This document shows positions 37,000 to 47,728 of a stretch of 64,000 bases of DNA, one piece after another. The position numbers and the translations under genes were made by a program. The notes beneath the pieces are model-generated. The model was not told the DNA's origin and did no database searches. It saw only the letters and a program-made list of their open reading frames with translations. The stretch comes from an uncultured Bacteroidales bacterium (GTDB taxonomy: Bacteria > Bacteroidota > Bacteroidia > Bacteroidales > GCA-2748055): NCBI GenBank assembly GCA_963792395.1, contig CAWBWE010000006.1, positions 14,973 through 78,972 on the forward strand. Reading direction: 5' to 3'. Within the stretch, counting starts at the first letter, position 1. Each line of letters begins with the position of its first letter.

Positions 37000-37821
37000 A
37001 TGAAATACACGCAACTGGTTGAAGAATTGAAACTCATGGTCAGCAATCTCTGGGAGTTTCTCCTTCAATTGCTTCCCAAGCTGATCTTAGGGCTTTTTGT
37101 ACTGTTTATCGGATATCTTGTTGCCAGGCTTGTCCGATACCTGGTAAGCCGCTTCATTGGCTATCTTGACCGGGTCATCAATAAGAATCTGAGCGGACAG
37201 CAGGTGCAGGTGAACCTGAGCAGCTCCAAAACTTTCATCGCCAAAGCATTTTTCTGGATCATTTTCTTTTTTACTATTACCCTGTTTACAGAGATCCTGG
37301 GCCTTCCGGTGATTACCTCCTGGCTGGCCGGGCTGGGTGATTACCTGCCCCGCTTACTGGCAGGACTGGTGGTTGTTTTTTTCGGGATCATATTCGGCCG
37401 GCTGGCTTCCGACCTGGTGAAAAGCAGGACCTTCAAATCAGGCATCTACAGCACGGCGATGCTGGGGAGGATCCTCAATTACACCATTCTGGTGATTTCC
37501 ATTATTATTGCCATTAACCAGGTGGGAATTGATATATCCTTTCTCACTTCCCTGACCTATATCCTGGTGGGGGCCCTCCTGTTTGGGGCTGCCCTGGCAT
37601 TCGGAATAGGGGCTAAAGCCTCTGTAAACAACATCCTGGCCTCCTATTACATTACCCGCAACTATGCCGAAGGGAACCTGATCCGGATCGGAGAACATGA
37701 AGGGAGAATTATTAAAATAAGCTCCACCTCTGTATTCCTGGAGACAGATTCCGGACAGGTCATCATTCCTGCAAAAGAGTTTAGTGAGCAAAAATCCATT
37801 CTAATTAAGAAGAAGCTTTAA
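37000..37821 (+). CDS. Conserved-TM-helix / truncated MscS-family protein
   Basis: LPKLILGL, YLPRLLAGL, ALAFGIGAK..VNNILA and the beta domain G..IRIGEHEGRI. Confidence 0.8.
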   Translation: MKYTQLVEELKLMVSNLWEFLLQLLPKLILGLFVLFIGYLVARLVRYLVSRFIGYLDRVINKNLSGQQVQVNLSSSKTFIAKAFFWIIFFFTITLFTEILGLPVITSWLAGLGDYLPRLLAGLVVVFFGIIFGRLASDLVKSRTFKSGIYSTAMLGRILNYTILVISIIIAINQVGIDISFLTSLTYILVGALLFGAALAFGIGAKASVNNILASYYITRNYAEGNLIRIGEHEGRIIKISSTSVFLETDSGQVIIPAKEFSEQKSILIKKKL

Positions 37822-38630
37822 TGAAATCAGATTTGATCCTTATCAAAGAGTTTATGCTGGAGAATAGCAAAGCGGCAGCCCGGGCGCTGGAGGAAGTGGA
37901 ACCGGAGAAACTGGCAGGCTTTTTTGATGACACTCCCGTTAAATGGCTGCTGGGAGTTTTTCCGCATATGAATCCTCATGTGGTCCTGAAGGTATTTGAA
38001 GGGATGGACCAGCAAAAGCTTGTTCAGCTTCTGGAATCCATGCAGATGAACCATCTGGTGGTCTCCATCCGGATGATGAATGAGGACCTGGCGGAAAAAA
38101 TGCTGAATGCACTTTCAGCTGAGAAGTCAGCCGCCGTCAAAGGATTGCTCCACTACTTCGATGACACCCTGGGTGCCCACATGGATGTTGGGGTGCTGAC
38201 CCTGCAGGAGAATCTGAGCGTGAAAGAGGCGCTGGAGCTCATTAAAAAACAGAAGGATGAGGTGCCGCCAGAGCTCTACATCGTCCGTGAGGACCGCAGA
38301 CTGCTGGGACTTATCTCCCTTTCGGCCCTGATTGTGGCTGATAAGGGCCAGGAGATCAATTCCCTGATGCGGACCGACTATCATACCCTGTCCCCGGAAA
38401 CACCCCTCCAGGCAGTCTTAACTCATCAGGACTGGAAAAAATATTACACCCTGCCTGTGGTCGACAAAAATTCTTTACTGCTGGGGGTGATCAAGCTGGA
38501 AACCATACGTTCCATCCTGCTCCATTCCGGCAGCAGGGCTGAAGAGACGGGGGAGCTGACTATCAATGCCCTGGGGGAACTGTATCGCCTTGGCCTGGCA
38601 GGCCTGTTAAGAACTGCCGCCGATCTGTAG
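37821..38630 (+). CDS. MgtE intracellular N-domain + CBS-pair protein, no membrane domain
   Basis: AARALE helical repeats, Y.DDTLGAHMD, LYIV....RLLG, LPVVD....LLGVI. Confidence 0.8.
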   Translation: MKSDLILIKEFMLENSKAAARALEEVEPEKLAGFFDDTPVKWLLGVFPHMNPHVVLKVFEGMDQQKLVQLLESMQMNHLVVSIRMMNEDLAEKMLNALSAEKSAAVKGLLHYFDDTLGAHMDVGVLTLQENLSVKEALELIKKQKDEVPPELYIVREDRRLLGLISLSALIVADKGQEINSLMRTDYHTLSPETPLQAVLTHQDWKKYYTLPVVDKNSLLLGVIKLETIRSILLHSGSRAEETGELTINALGELYRLGLAGLLRTAADL

Positions 38631-38652
38631 CATAAAATCCAGGTATAAAAAC

Positions 38653-39969
38653 GTGAACATGGACCATCGTGAAGTAGAACAACAGTTGATTAATCAATAT
38701 TTTAAAAGCAGTCCGGCCGAAGCAGCCCGGATCCTGTCTTCCTTTGAAACCGAAGAGGCTCTGGAATATATAAACACTCAGCCGGCCCGGATTGCCAGTG
38801 AGCTTCTTTCCAGAATGAACCCTGAAAATGCAGCTGCTGTTCTGGAGCGTTTGGATGCGCTGAAATTCAAGGAACTCCTGGACCAACAGAATATATTTCT
38901 GTCAGCCCGCCTGATCTCCAGGTTCCGGAAAGAGAGCCTCAACACCCACCTGGAAAATCTGCCGGCCGCAAAAGCCAGGGAGCTACGGGAGCTGATCACT
39001 TACCCGCCCGATTGTGCCGCCTTCATGATGGATACGCAGGTCACCGTATTTACACACCAGACAACAGTAAAAGACGCACTTAAGACCTTTCGCGGCTTAA
39101 AAAACCGGAAGCTGTACCAGGTGTTCCTGATCGATGAGGAAGGTCGCCTGACCCATGCGGTCCCCGTTCAGGACATCGCTGTATCCGCTCCGGGGGTCTT
39201 ATTAAAAGATCTGACAGAAGGTTCGCCCATCTGCATTACTGCCCTGTCGCCCTCCCAGGAAGTGGTGGAATTACTGGATGAAAAGAAGCTGCTCAACCTG
39301 CCCGTGGTCGATATTAATAATCGCTTGCTGGGGGTGATCCGCAACAATGTGCTCATGGATGCTGCCCGGGAGGATGTCTCTCAGGATGTTCAGGCGATCT
39401 TTGGTGCCGGCCGGGAGGAGCGGGCCCTTTCCAAGGTCTCCCTCGCGGTCCGCAAACGCCTTCCCTGGCTGCAAATAAATCTCGTTACCGCATTCCTGGC
39501 AGCCTCCGTGGTAGCAATTTTCGAGGATACCATAGCAAGGATCACGGTACTGGCGGTATTTCTTCCCGTAGTGGCGGGCCAGTCCGGGAATACGGGATCC
39601 CAGGCACTGGCTGTTACCATGAGAGGACTGGCGCTGAGGGAAATCGGCATAAGTCAATGGTTTGTGGTGGCCCGCAAGGAAATACTCGTGGGTGCCATCA
39701 ACGGAGTGGCGGTGGCCATTACCACCGCCCTGATTGTATTCATCTGGGCTTCCTCCCTTGGACTGGCCCTGATTATAGGAGTTTCCATGGTCTTTTCAAT
39801 GGCCATTGCAGGTCTTTCGGGTGCCCTGATCCCGATGATCCTTCAATCCCTGGGACAGGACCCGGCTTCCTCCTCCTCCATTATTTTAACCACGGTCACC
39901 GATATTGTGGGCTTCGTGAGTTTCCTGGGACTGGCCACGGCGCTTGCCTCGGTTCTGGGCCTTGGTTAA
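38653..39969 (+). CDS. mgtE: Magnesium transporter MgtE
   Basis: YPPDCAAFMM, LPVVD, KRLPWLQINL, AGQSGNTGSQ, DPASSS.IILTTVTD. Confidence 0.93.
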   Translation: MNMDHREVEQQLINQYFKSSPAEAARILSSFETEEALEYINTQPARIASELLSRMNPENAAAVLERLDALKFKELLDQQNIFLSARLISRFRKESLNTHLENLPAAKARELRELITYPPDCAAFMMDTQVTVFTHQTTVKDALKTFRGLKNRKLYQVFLIDEEGRLTHAVPVQDIAVSAPGVLLKDLTEGSPICITALSPSQEVVELLDEKKLLNLPVVDINNRLLGVIRNNVLMDAAREDVSQDVQAIFGAGREERALSKVSLAVRKRLPWLQINLVTAFLAASVVAIFEDTIARITVLAVFLPVVAGQSGNTGSQALAVTMRGLALREIGISQWFVVARKEILVGAINGVAVAITTALIVFIWASSLGLALIIGVSMVFSMAIAGLSGALIPMILQSLGQDPASSSSIILTTVTDIVGFVSFLGLATALASVLGLG

Positions 39970-39996
39970 TCTGCGTAAATACTGAGTAAAACAAAC

Positions 39997-40458
39997 TTGA
40001 ACATGATGAAAAAAATAATTGTTATACTGATCCTGTCTCTCGCTTTTATCACTTTAAAAGCGCAGACAAGCCACGAAGAAATTGATTATGTCCAGGCCAT
40101 TTTTGGCATGGAAAAGCGAACTGCAGTAAAAGAGTTTATCGCACTTTCGCCTGGCGAAGCAAGCACTTTCTGGGAGAATTATGATGCCTATGAAGTTGTA
40201 CGTAAGGAAATGGGCAAGGAACGGATAGTGCTGCTGGAAAAGTTTATTTCGGAGTATGCGCTGATGAGTGACCAGGAGAGTATCGACTGGATGAAATCGG
40301 TGACCTCCCTGAGAAAAAGAAATGAGAAGCTGATAGAAAAGTATTACAAGCGTATCCTGAAAGAGTGCTCTCCGGTGGCTGCCATGCAGTTTTACCAGAT
40401 CGAGAGCTATGTGCTGGCCGGAATCCGGTTCCAGATTCTCGAAAATGTGCCATTTTAA
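39997..40458 (+). CDS. Secreted helical hypothetical protein
   Basis: Signal peptide (likely ATG at 40003); FGMEK, FW..YDAYE..RK..GKER, FYQIE. Confidence 0.75.
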   Translation: MNMMKKIIVILILSLAFITLKAQTSHEEIDYVQAIFGMEKRTAVKEFIALSPGEASTFWENYDAYEVVRKEMGKERIVLLEKFISEYALMSDQESIDWMKSVTSLRKRNEKLIEKYYKRILKECSPVAAMQFYQIESYVLAGIRFQILENVPF

Positions 40459-40460
40459 GG

Positions 40461-41468
40461 ATGAATGAAATTTTTGTATGGATCGGGATCGGCTTCTGCC
40501 TGACTCAGTCTGCCATGTTTTCGGGCCTCAACCTGGCCTTTTTCAGCCTCACCAGGCTGCGGCTTGAGATTGAAGCAGAGAGCGCTCCTTCCAATGGAGC
40601 CAAAAGAGTTCTGGCCATGAGGGAAGATTCCAATTTTCTCCTGACAACCATTCTGTGGGGCAATGTGGGGATCAATGTCCTGCTGACCCTTCTCTCCGAT
40701 TCAGTCATGGCCGGGGTCCTTTCTTTTGCATTCTCCACCGGAGTCATCACGCTGTTTGGGGAAATTGTCCCCCAGGCCTACTTTTCCAGGAACGCCCTGC
40801 GCATGGCCTCCATGCTGGCACCGGTATTACAGTTCTACAAGGTCCTTCTCTTCCCGGTGGCCAAACCCAGTGCCCTCCTGCTGGATTCCTGGCTTGGAAA
40901 GGAGTCGGTCCAGTTTTTTGCTGAAAAAAACATCAAGCTGTTTATCAAAAAGCATATGGAAGACTTTGATAGTGAGATTGATCATATCGAGGGAACCGGG
41001 GCCATCAACTTTTTTTCCATGGACGATATGAAAATCACCCAGGAGGGTGAGGAATTGAATGCCGATAGCATCCTGAGCCTGGAAAGTTCGGATGGAAAAC
41101 TCATTTTTCCCGAATTTGAGAAGCACCTGGAGGATCCCTTTATTAAACGGATAAACAAATCGGGAGAAAAGTGGATCCTGCTTTGCGATGAAACGAAGGA
41201 GCCGAAACTGGCCCTGGATGCGGATGGTTTTTTGCGTTCGGAATTAATCTGCGAAAAGGATGCCTGTATCGAAGACTTTTGCCATGTTCCCATCGTGCTG
41301 AAGGATGAAAACACAAATCTGGGCATGCTCATAAAGGAGCTCAGGGGAAGTAATGAGGTAAACTCGGATGCTCCCATCGAAAAAGATGTGGGTTTTGTGT
41401 GGACCGCAGCTCATAAACGCATCATCACCGGGGCCGATATCCTGGGACGATTGTTCAAGGGGATTTAA
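40461..41468 (+). CDS. DUF21/CNNM-domain membrane protein
   Basis: SAMFSGLNLAFFSL, LLTTILWGNVG.N, FGEIVPQA. Confidence 0.85.
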   Translation: MNEIFVWIGIGFCLTQSAMFSGLNLAFFSLTRLRLEIEAESAPSNGAKRVLAMREDSNFLLTTILWGNVGINVLLTLLSDSVMAGVLSFAFSTGVITLFGEIVPQAYFSRNALRMASMLAPVLQFYKVLLFPVAKPSALLLDSWLGKESVQFFAEKNIKLFIKKHMEDFDSEIDHIEGTGAINFFSMDDMKITQEGEELNADSILSLESSDGKLIFPEFEKHLEDPFIKRINKSGEKWILLCDETKEPKLALDADGFLRSELICEKDACIEDFCHVPIVLKDENTNLGMLIKELRGSNEVNSDAPIEKDVGFVWTAAHKRIITGADILGRLFKGI

Positions 41469-41485
41469 GGACCGGTGATTTGGCC

Positions 41486-41857
41486 TCAGCCATTATAGAA
41501 CCACTGGATGGCATCCTCATAATTGCTGAAGGTCCGCAGCTCTGTTCCTTTGATTTCTGCGGAGAGTTCCTGGAACTGGCTTCGGTCAAAATTCACCCCC
41601 GGAAGCACCAGAAGAGCCAGCTTATCCCGGAATGAATCCGGAGCCTGGATAAGGGATAATGCAAAAGCGTAAATCTCCTCCGTACTAAGGATCCACTGGG
41701 TGCGCCTGAAATCCAGGAGGATTTCATAATCGGCCGGGGGACGTTTTGGTTCGGCCAGGGCGGCAAGTTTCGTTTTACTTTCCGCGAAATTTATAGTCCC
41801 CTCATCGGTCACTGAGAGGTAGTCCACAGAGCGAATTATTTTAATCTTGATTGCCAT
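41486..41857 (-). CDS. Hypothetical protein, SpoIIAA/STAS-like fold suspected
   Basis: ILLDFR, KLALLV, RTF.NYEDAIQWF pattern. Confidence 0.6.
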   Translation of the reverse strand: MAIKIKIIRSVDYLSVTDEGTINFAESKTKLAALAEPKRPPADYEILLDFRRTQWILSTEEIYAFALSLIQAPDSFRDKLALLVLPGVNFDRSQFQELSAEIKGTELRTFSNYEDAIQWFYNG

Positions 41858-41890
41858 TTTATTAAGTTTTAAGGATGAATTGAGATTTAT

Positions 41891-42823
41891 TTATATGCTG
41901 CTTTTATTTATGATTCCGAAAGGAATATGCACCAGTGGTATATGATCAATATGATCAAAATTCTGTTGCTGATCATCAAAGTAAATATGCGGTTTCATGA
42001 TTTCAAGGACCCGTTTCTTCTCAATCCCACCCAGGAAGAAGGTTTCATCGATGGCCACTCCCCAGCCTTTTAATGTGCGGATCATTCTTTCGTGCGAAGG
42101 CGCATTTCTGGCCGTGATGATGGATATTTTCAGGAGCTTCTTATAATTCTTATCACCGGCCATCTTCTTCTGTTCCAGCTTTTGAAAAAAAGAAATTCTT
42201 GTGAATAGGTCCTTTAAGGGTCCGGGATTGTGAGGCACCAGGGCTAACTGGGTCTCCGACTCGTAGAACTTATGAAGGTCATCCGTGGATTTATATAAGT
42301 TCCCGGCGGCATCATCAGCCAGAACTCCGTCAAAATCAAAAGCAATTCTCAGTTCCATATCTTCCTCGTCATCCTCCACCCTCGTTTTAAGAACCCTGCC
42401 GGCCGGAATGCCTGACCTTATGGCCTGCTTAACATCCTCCTCATTGGCAGACAGAAAGAGGGAGGTGTTAAAGGCGGGGATATACCGGTAAGGGGATTCT
42501 CCTGAAAAAAAACCTGCCCTGGTAATATTCAGACCATACTCCCGGATCGATCGAAATACCCGCATGCCTGTTTCCGGGCTGTTTCTTGAAAGCAAGATGA
42601 CCTCCACGGGTTGTCTTCTCGGGAAGCTCTGGTTAATATGGAGAATTCTTCGAATAAATGGGAATGCCACCCCTTTGTCCAGAACTTTATCTATATGCTT
42701 CTCCTGAAACTTTTTATAGGCCGCAACTCCCTTTTCCCGAAATATCCTGTCAGATTCAGATAAATCAAATAAAGCACTGGAAGCGATGGCAATAACGAGC
42801 TTTCTGTCAATGGGATATGGCAT
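41891..42823 (-). CDS. 5'-nucleotidase (HAD, cN-I-like family)
   Basis: LVIAIASSALFDL, LRIAFDFDGVLADD, TARNAPSHER, FFLGG, PHIYFDDQ. Confidence 0.9.
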   Translation of the reverse strand: MPYPIDRKLVIAIASSALFDLSESDRIFREKGVAAYKKFQEKHIDKVLDKGVAFPFIRRILHINQSFPRRQPVEVILLSRNSPETGMRVFRSIREYGLNITRAGFFSGESPYRYIPAFNTSLFLSANEEDVKQAIRSGIPAGRVLKTRVEDDEEDMELRIAFDFDGVLADDAAGNLYKSTDDLHKFYESETQLALVPHNPGPLKDLFTRISFFQKLEQKKMAGDKNYKKLLKISIITARNAPSHERMIRTLKGWGVAIDETFFLGGIEKKRVLEIMKPHIYFDDQQQNFDHIDHIPLVHIPFGIINKSSI

Positions 42824-42937
42824 TAAGCGATCTGTTTGGTAGTTTGGAGGATCATGTTAATCTGCTGCAAATTAGCCAAAATAGGGCTTTCAGAGGGCCC
42901 TTCAGTACAAAATTATAAATTTATATATTTACCGCCT

Positions 42938-44110
42938 GTGAAGGCGACACCTACGATACCACTTCTCTCCCTGATTACCTTCCTGTTTTTCTCTCAATGT
43001 GATCAGGGACCGTTTCCGGACGATCCCGTAAACATACCCGACCAAAGCTTCATGGCTGCGCTTCTGGAGCCCGGCCTGGACGAACACGGGGAGCTGCAGA
43101 TCATTGATTCCAATGGAGACGGCCTAATTTCCTACGCCGAGGCGGAAGCCATCACCTACCTGGATGTCAGTGAGCTGGGTATTATTGATATGACCGGGAT
43201 CGCAAAATTCATCCACCTGGAAGTTCTTCTCTGTAACGACAATTTGATCACTAAACTGAATGTCTCCAGGCTCCCGGCCCTGGAAATTCTGAATAGCTCC
43301 AACAACAAACTGATTGCCCTGGATCTTTCCCGGAATCCGGAGCTGAGAAAACTGGAGTGCAGTCACAACCTGTTATTTGGCCTGGATGTAAGTTCGAATG
43401 ACTTTATTAACGATCTGGATGTGAGTTACAACCTGCTATCCTTTCTGGATGTGTCCCGGAATGATTCCCTCCGGGGATTTATCTGCGCGGGAAATCAGCT
43501 GTCGGACCTGGATGTTTCCGCAAACGCAGCATTGAGAAGCCTGGATTGTTCCCAGAACAGGCTCTCCTCTATGGATATTACCGGCAATACGGCCCTGACC
43601 AGCTTCGATTGCAGTTTTAATCCCATCACCTCGCTGGATCTTTCCCAGAATGCTTTCCTGGAGGAGTTTGCCTGCGACAGCTGCCGCTTGAGCGAGCTGG
43701 ATCTTTCCAATAACAGCTCTCTGAGCACCCTGAGTTGCGCACTCAACCAGCTGACAAGTCTGGATCTTACCGACAATACGGCCCTGCGCTACCTCTCTTG
43801 TTTCAGGAACCAGTTAACGAGCCTGGAGATTACCCCCAACAGCCGTTTGGTGGATCTCTATTGCTCCGACAACCAGCTAAGTTCCCTTCACCTGGTAAAT
43901 AAACAATACCTCCGGCATCTTTACTGTGGCTACAACCAGATCAGCAGCCTGAACATTTCCAATAATTTTAACCTCTGGATTGTGGATGTGACCGGGATGC
44001 CCACCCTGGGAGAAATCTGTGTCTGGGAACTGCCCTTCCCCCCGGAATACATCCTGGTTAACACGGGGGGCAGCCTCAACATTTATTTCACTACCACCTG
44101 CAGTCCCTGA
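42938..44110 (+). CDS. Leucine-rich-repeat lipoprotein (paralog 2)
   Basis: Probable GTG start; FSQC lipobox; DSNGDGLISYAEA; LRRs; ICVWELPFPP...NIYFTTTC. Confidence 0.88.
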   Translation: MKATPTIPLLSLITFLFFSQCDQGPFPDDPVNIPDQSFMAALLEPGLDEHGELQIIDSNGDGLISYAEAEAITYLDVSELGIIDMTGIAKFIHLEVLLCNDNLITKLNVSRLPALEILNSSNNKLIALDLSRNPELRKLECSHNLLFGLDVSSNDFINDLDVSYNLLSFLDVSRNDSLRGFICAGNQLSDLDVSANAALRSLDCSQNRLSSMDITGNTALTSFDCSFNPITSLDLSQNAFLEEFACDSCRLSELDLSNNSSLSTLSCALNQLTSLDLTDNTALRYLSCFRNQLTSLEITPNSRLVDLYCSDNQLSSLHLVNKQYLRHLYCGYNQISSLNISNNFNLWIVDVTGMPTLGEICVWELPFPPEYILVNTGGSLNIYFTTTCSP

Positions 44111-44234
44111 AATCCGCCTTACCTATCTTTCCAGGACCTCCAGACAAAGGAAGGGGCCCCACTATCTTAACTTCCGCCTCCTTTTAAGACAAAGCCCTTT
44201 TATTTTCCTTGTGCAATAGGTAACTTGTCTCTTC

Positions 44235-46163
44235 ATGTTCCCATCCCGGCAATTAAGCTCCAGGATCGTCCTGGCTTGTCTTCTGTTTATGAATTCCTGC
44301 TCGGAGGATTTCCTGGAAGTGACTCCCCATGGCGTGCTGGATAATTCGGTGCTGGCCACCTACGAAGGGGTGGATGCCCTGCTTATCGGGGCCTACTCCA
44401 TGCTGGACGGGGTAACGTCCACATTTGGATGGGAAGCGGCCACCTCCGGCTGGGTTTTTTCGACCATCCGGGGAATAGAGTCCAATAAAGGGACCGACTC
44501 GGGGGACGCCCCGACCTTCAATGCCCTCATGACATTTTCTGAAACAGCCGAAGGCTGGTCCGGAACCTACCTCCATGTAAAATGGCGCGCCCTCTATGAA
44601 TCCATCTCCCGCTGCAACTCCACCCTGGTTTCCGCCCATATGGCATTTGAAAAGGGGACTATTACCGGGGATCAGTACCTCTGGTTTACCAGGCAGGCCA
44701 GGGCTCTGCGCGGGTTTTATCACTTTGAGGCCTGGAGGCTCTGGGCCGACCGGACCTACATGCGCTTTGTTCCCTATGTGGATGAATATACCGATTTTGC
44801 CACCCTGACCAATGTGGAGGATATCCGTGACCGGATTGTGGATGACTTTAGTGAAGGGACCCTCCTTCCCCTGAATATGCAACAGGTGGGCCGCTTTAAT
44901 AAAACTGTTTCCCAGGTGTTCCTGGCCAAGGCACTGATGCAGATGTATGGCGATTATGAAACAGCGCTGACCCTGCTCGGCGAAGTGGAAGAGAGCGGTA
45001 CCAACCCCGCCGGACAGAAAGCCGGACTGGAAGCCCGCTACGGGGACGTATTTGATATAGAGTTCCGGAACGGGGTGGAATCCGTTTACACGGTTCAGTA
45101 TTCGGTAAACGATGGTTCCGGGGGGCGCAATGGAGGATATGCCGAGGTGCTGAACTTTCCCTACAAGACGGGAGAGTCTCCCGGGGGGATGCTGTGGATT
45201 TTTTCAGCCCACCCAGGACTTTGTAAATTCCTTCCGGACCGATCCCGACGGTCTGCCGTACCTGGATACCTATAACGAACGAGTTGGTAAGCAGCGACCT
45301 GGGGCTGCCCGCCTTCGAGGCCCTGGGATGCTGACGCGGAATTACCTGCCGAATGAGCTGGTTACTATATATGATCCGGCCGATCCCTATACGGATCGGC
45401 AGTACCACTCGCTCTCAGGCACCCTGGAAGCCCCCAACCGGGGGAATCATCCCCTGACCAGTCCGGCCAACTGGGTCTTTGATTCGCTCGCTTTTACACA
45501 TTATGCAGGTCAGCTGGATCCACGTGTTGACTGGTCGGTGGGACGCCGCGGGATTCCTTACTGGGACTGGGGCCGACATACCGGCCAGGACTGGATCAGG
45601 GACCAGACCTATTCCGGACCTTACAGCCCGAAGAAGCAGGTATATCAGCAATCACAGGAAGGCACCTACACCGAAGTGGGTAACTGGACCTCCGGGTATA
45701 CGGCCAATGGATACCGGATGTCACGTTATTGCCGATGCGCTCCTGCTGTAGGCTGAGTGCAAGGCGATGACCGGCACGGGTGACCTTGGACTGGCAGAAG
45801 TGAACCTGGTTCGTGCCAGGGCAGCCAATCCGGCTGGCTTTGTGAGGAGGAGGACGGAGTCACTCCTGCTGCCAACTATGTGATCGGGCTCTACGACAGT
45901 TTTCCCGATCTGCTTTTTGCCCTGAAGGCCATTAAGTTTGAGCGCAGGCTGGAACTGGGACAGGAGGGGCATCGTTACTACGACCTGCAACGCTGGGGCG
46001 AGGTGGTGTCAGCGAACTCAGCCGGATCCTGGAATATGAAAAAACCATGCCCTGGGGACAGGCCCACTATGGCAATGCAGTGGTGGGACCGGAAGATGTC
46101 AACTATCCCATCCACCACCGCATCCTGGACGAACATCAGGGCAGGTTTATCCAGAATCGCTAG
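44235..46163 (+). CDS. RagB/SusD family lipoprotein, several frameshifts and an in-frame TAG at 45749
   Basis: SCSEDFL, GAYSML, ARALRGFYHF, LDPRVDWSVGRRGIPY, FERRLELGQEGHRYYDLQRW. Confidence 0.88.
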
Positions 46164-46259
46164 ATTTCAACAAATTACACCTTCCATACGTCCTATTTGT
46201 ATCCTCTGAAGATTTTATATCTGCAATTCACGATTAGTTTATTCCAAATTTCAAGTACC

Positions 46260-46692
46260 ATGAGAAAGTTTCTTGCAGCGGCAGCAGCAGCCATGCTCCT
46301 GTTCGCTGGCGTCGTCTTTGGACAAACCCTGAAACAAGGGGAAGTCATTGCTTTACATCGCTATCAGTTTACTCTCAACACCGGTGTCACCATTGATCAG
46401 TATTTTGATTTCATGACTGACAAGCTGTTGCCGGAAATGCAACAAGTCTTTCAGTCAAAAGTCCCGTTCTGAAGATTTTAAAAGGAATTGGCGAGAACAA
46501 TCAACATGAATATGCCGTGCTGAGCTTCTGGGGAACTCTGGAAGCCTTCCGCAGCTTACTGGAACGATGACGGCACCCCGACCGAAAAAGGAGCCGCAGC
46601 CATGGCAAAGGTAAGCGCCGCTCATTGAACAACTGAATGCCATGGGAACCTATACCATGGTACCGGGCGACTGGTTGATTATGGACAGGTAA
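46260..46692 (+). CDS. Secreted hypothetical protein, frameshifted
   Basis: MRKFLAAAAA signal peptide; coding sequence continues in shifted frames to ...GDWLIMDR*. Confidence 0.55.
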
Positions 46693-46732
46693 TCCGGACC
46701 TGGGAATTACAGGCCCAGTTCTGAAGTAAAGG

Positions 46733-46767
46733 AAGAGCCCCCGGCCGAACGACCGGGGGCTCTTTTT
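46733..46767. terminator. Intrinsic terminator between convergent genes
   Basis: aagagcccccgg...ccgggggctctttt 12-bp stem. Confidence 0.85.
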
Positions 46768-46783
46768 CGAATAAGCTGTGCTT

Positions 46784-47141
46784 CTATTCCGTAACAATCA
46801 CTTCGCCTTCATCGTCCTGCTTTCGTTTCCCTTCCACCTTGCCATTCATCTTGGCTTCATACTTCTGCCTCCACTTGCTTTTGGGATAATCCTCCTCGCA
46901 ATCGTATCGTCGGGAGTGGCTTGATTTAGCCCTTTTGCTGCCGCCCCCACCGATCCCTGAAAAGAGGATCTTGGAGAGGACCAGCAGTCCCAAGGGTCTG
47001 CCAGTAGCCCAGTACCGGTCCGTTAAACATTTCCGGCACCAGCCAGTTCCAGAGCCACATCACCACAAAGGTGAATCCGAATACGGCAGCTACTCCCAGC
47101 ACGCCAAATCCTGCATATTTAAATCCTGTTCTTGCTCTCAT
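46784..47141 (-). CDS. Small membrane protein downstream of ECF-3, one frameshift near 46990
   Basis: VMWLWNWLVPEMF..P..GYWQ.LGLLVLSKILF motif across two ORFs. Confidence 0.75.
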
Positions 47142-47159
47142 GATTTCCTGTTTTTATGT

Positions 47160-47728
47160 TTATTTTTCTATTATCTGTGTATATAATTCTCTGAGCTGTT
47201 CCCTCAGGTATGTCACCGCATACCGCTTTCGGGACAGCAGTGTATTGATCCCCTCGCCGGTGAGTCTCCGAGATCTCTTTAAAGCTCATAGTCTTCAAAT
47301 TCGTTCATAACAAATACTTCCCGCTGTGCTTCCGGCAGACGTTCCAGGCAGGCCTCGATGGTCTCCCAGATCACTCCCCGCATATATTCATCTTCCGGGG
47401 ACCCGGGTCAGGGAAGGAAGGATATCTTCCAGCATCAGCGGGCCTTTCTTCCCCACCTTCCTGCACTACCTTGTCGGAAAGACGCTCCGGCTTTGCTCTT
47501 CCTGGAAATAGTCCGTGATCCGGTTGCGAGCCACCGTAAAGAGCCAGGAGGTGAGAGAAGTAACCGATCGTATATCATCAAAACCCGACCGTAAGCTGGA
47601 AGTATACATCCTGGGCGATATCCCGGACATCCTCTTCGTGGTCCACCCGTTTGCGGATAAAGCCCAGCAGCCTTCCCTGCTCCTCGTTTACCAGTTTTTC
47701 AATATGTATTTTATCCTGCGGCGGTCAT
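47160..47728 (-). CDS. ECF sigma-70 factor (ECF-3), multiply frameshifted and absent from the ORF track
   Basis: Manual translation: RLLGFIRKRV..EEDVRDIAQDVYFQL, SWLFTVARNRITDYF, GINTLLSRKRYAV..LR. Confidence 0.8.
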
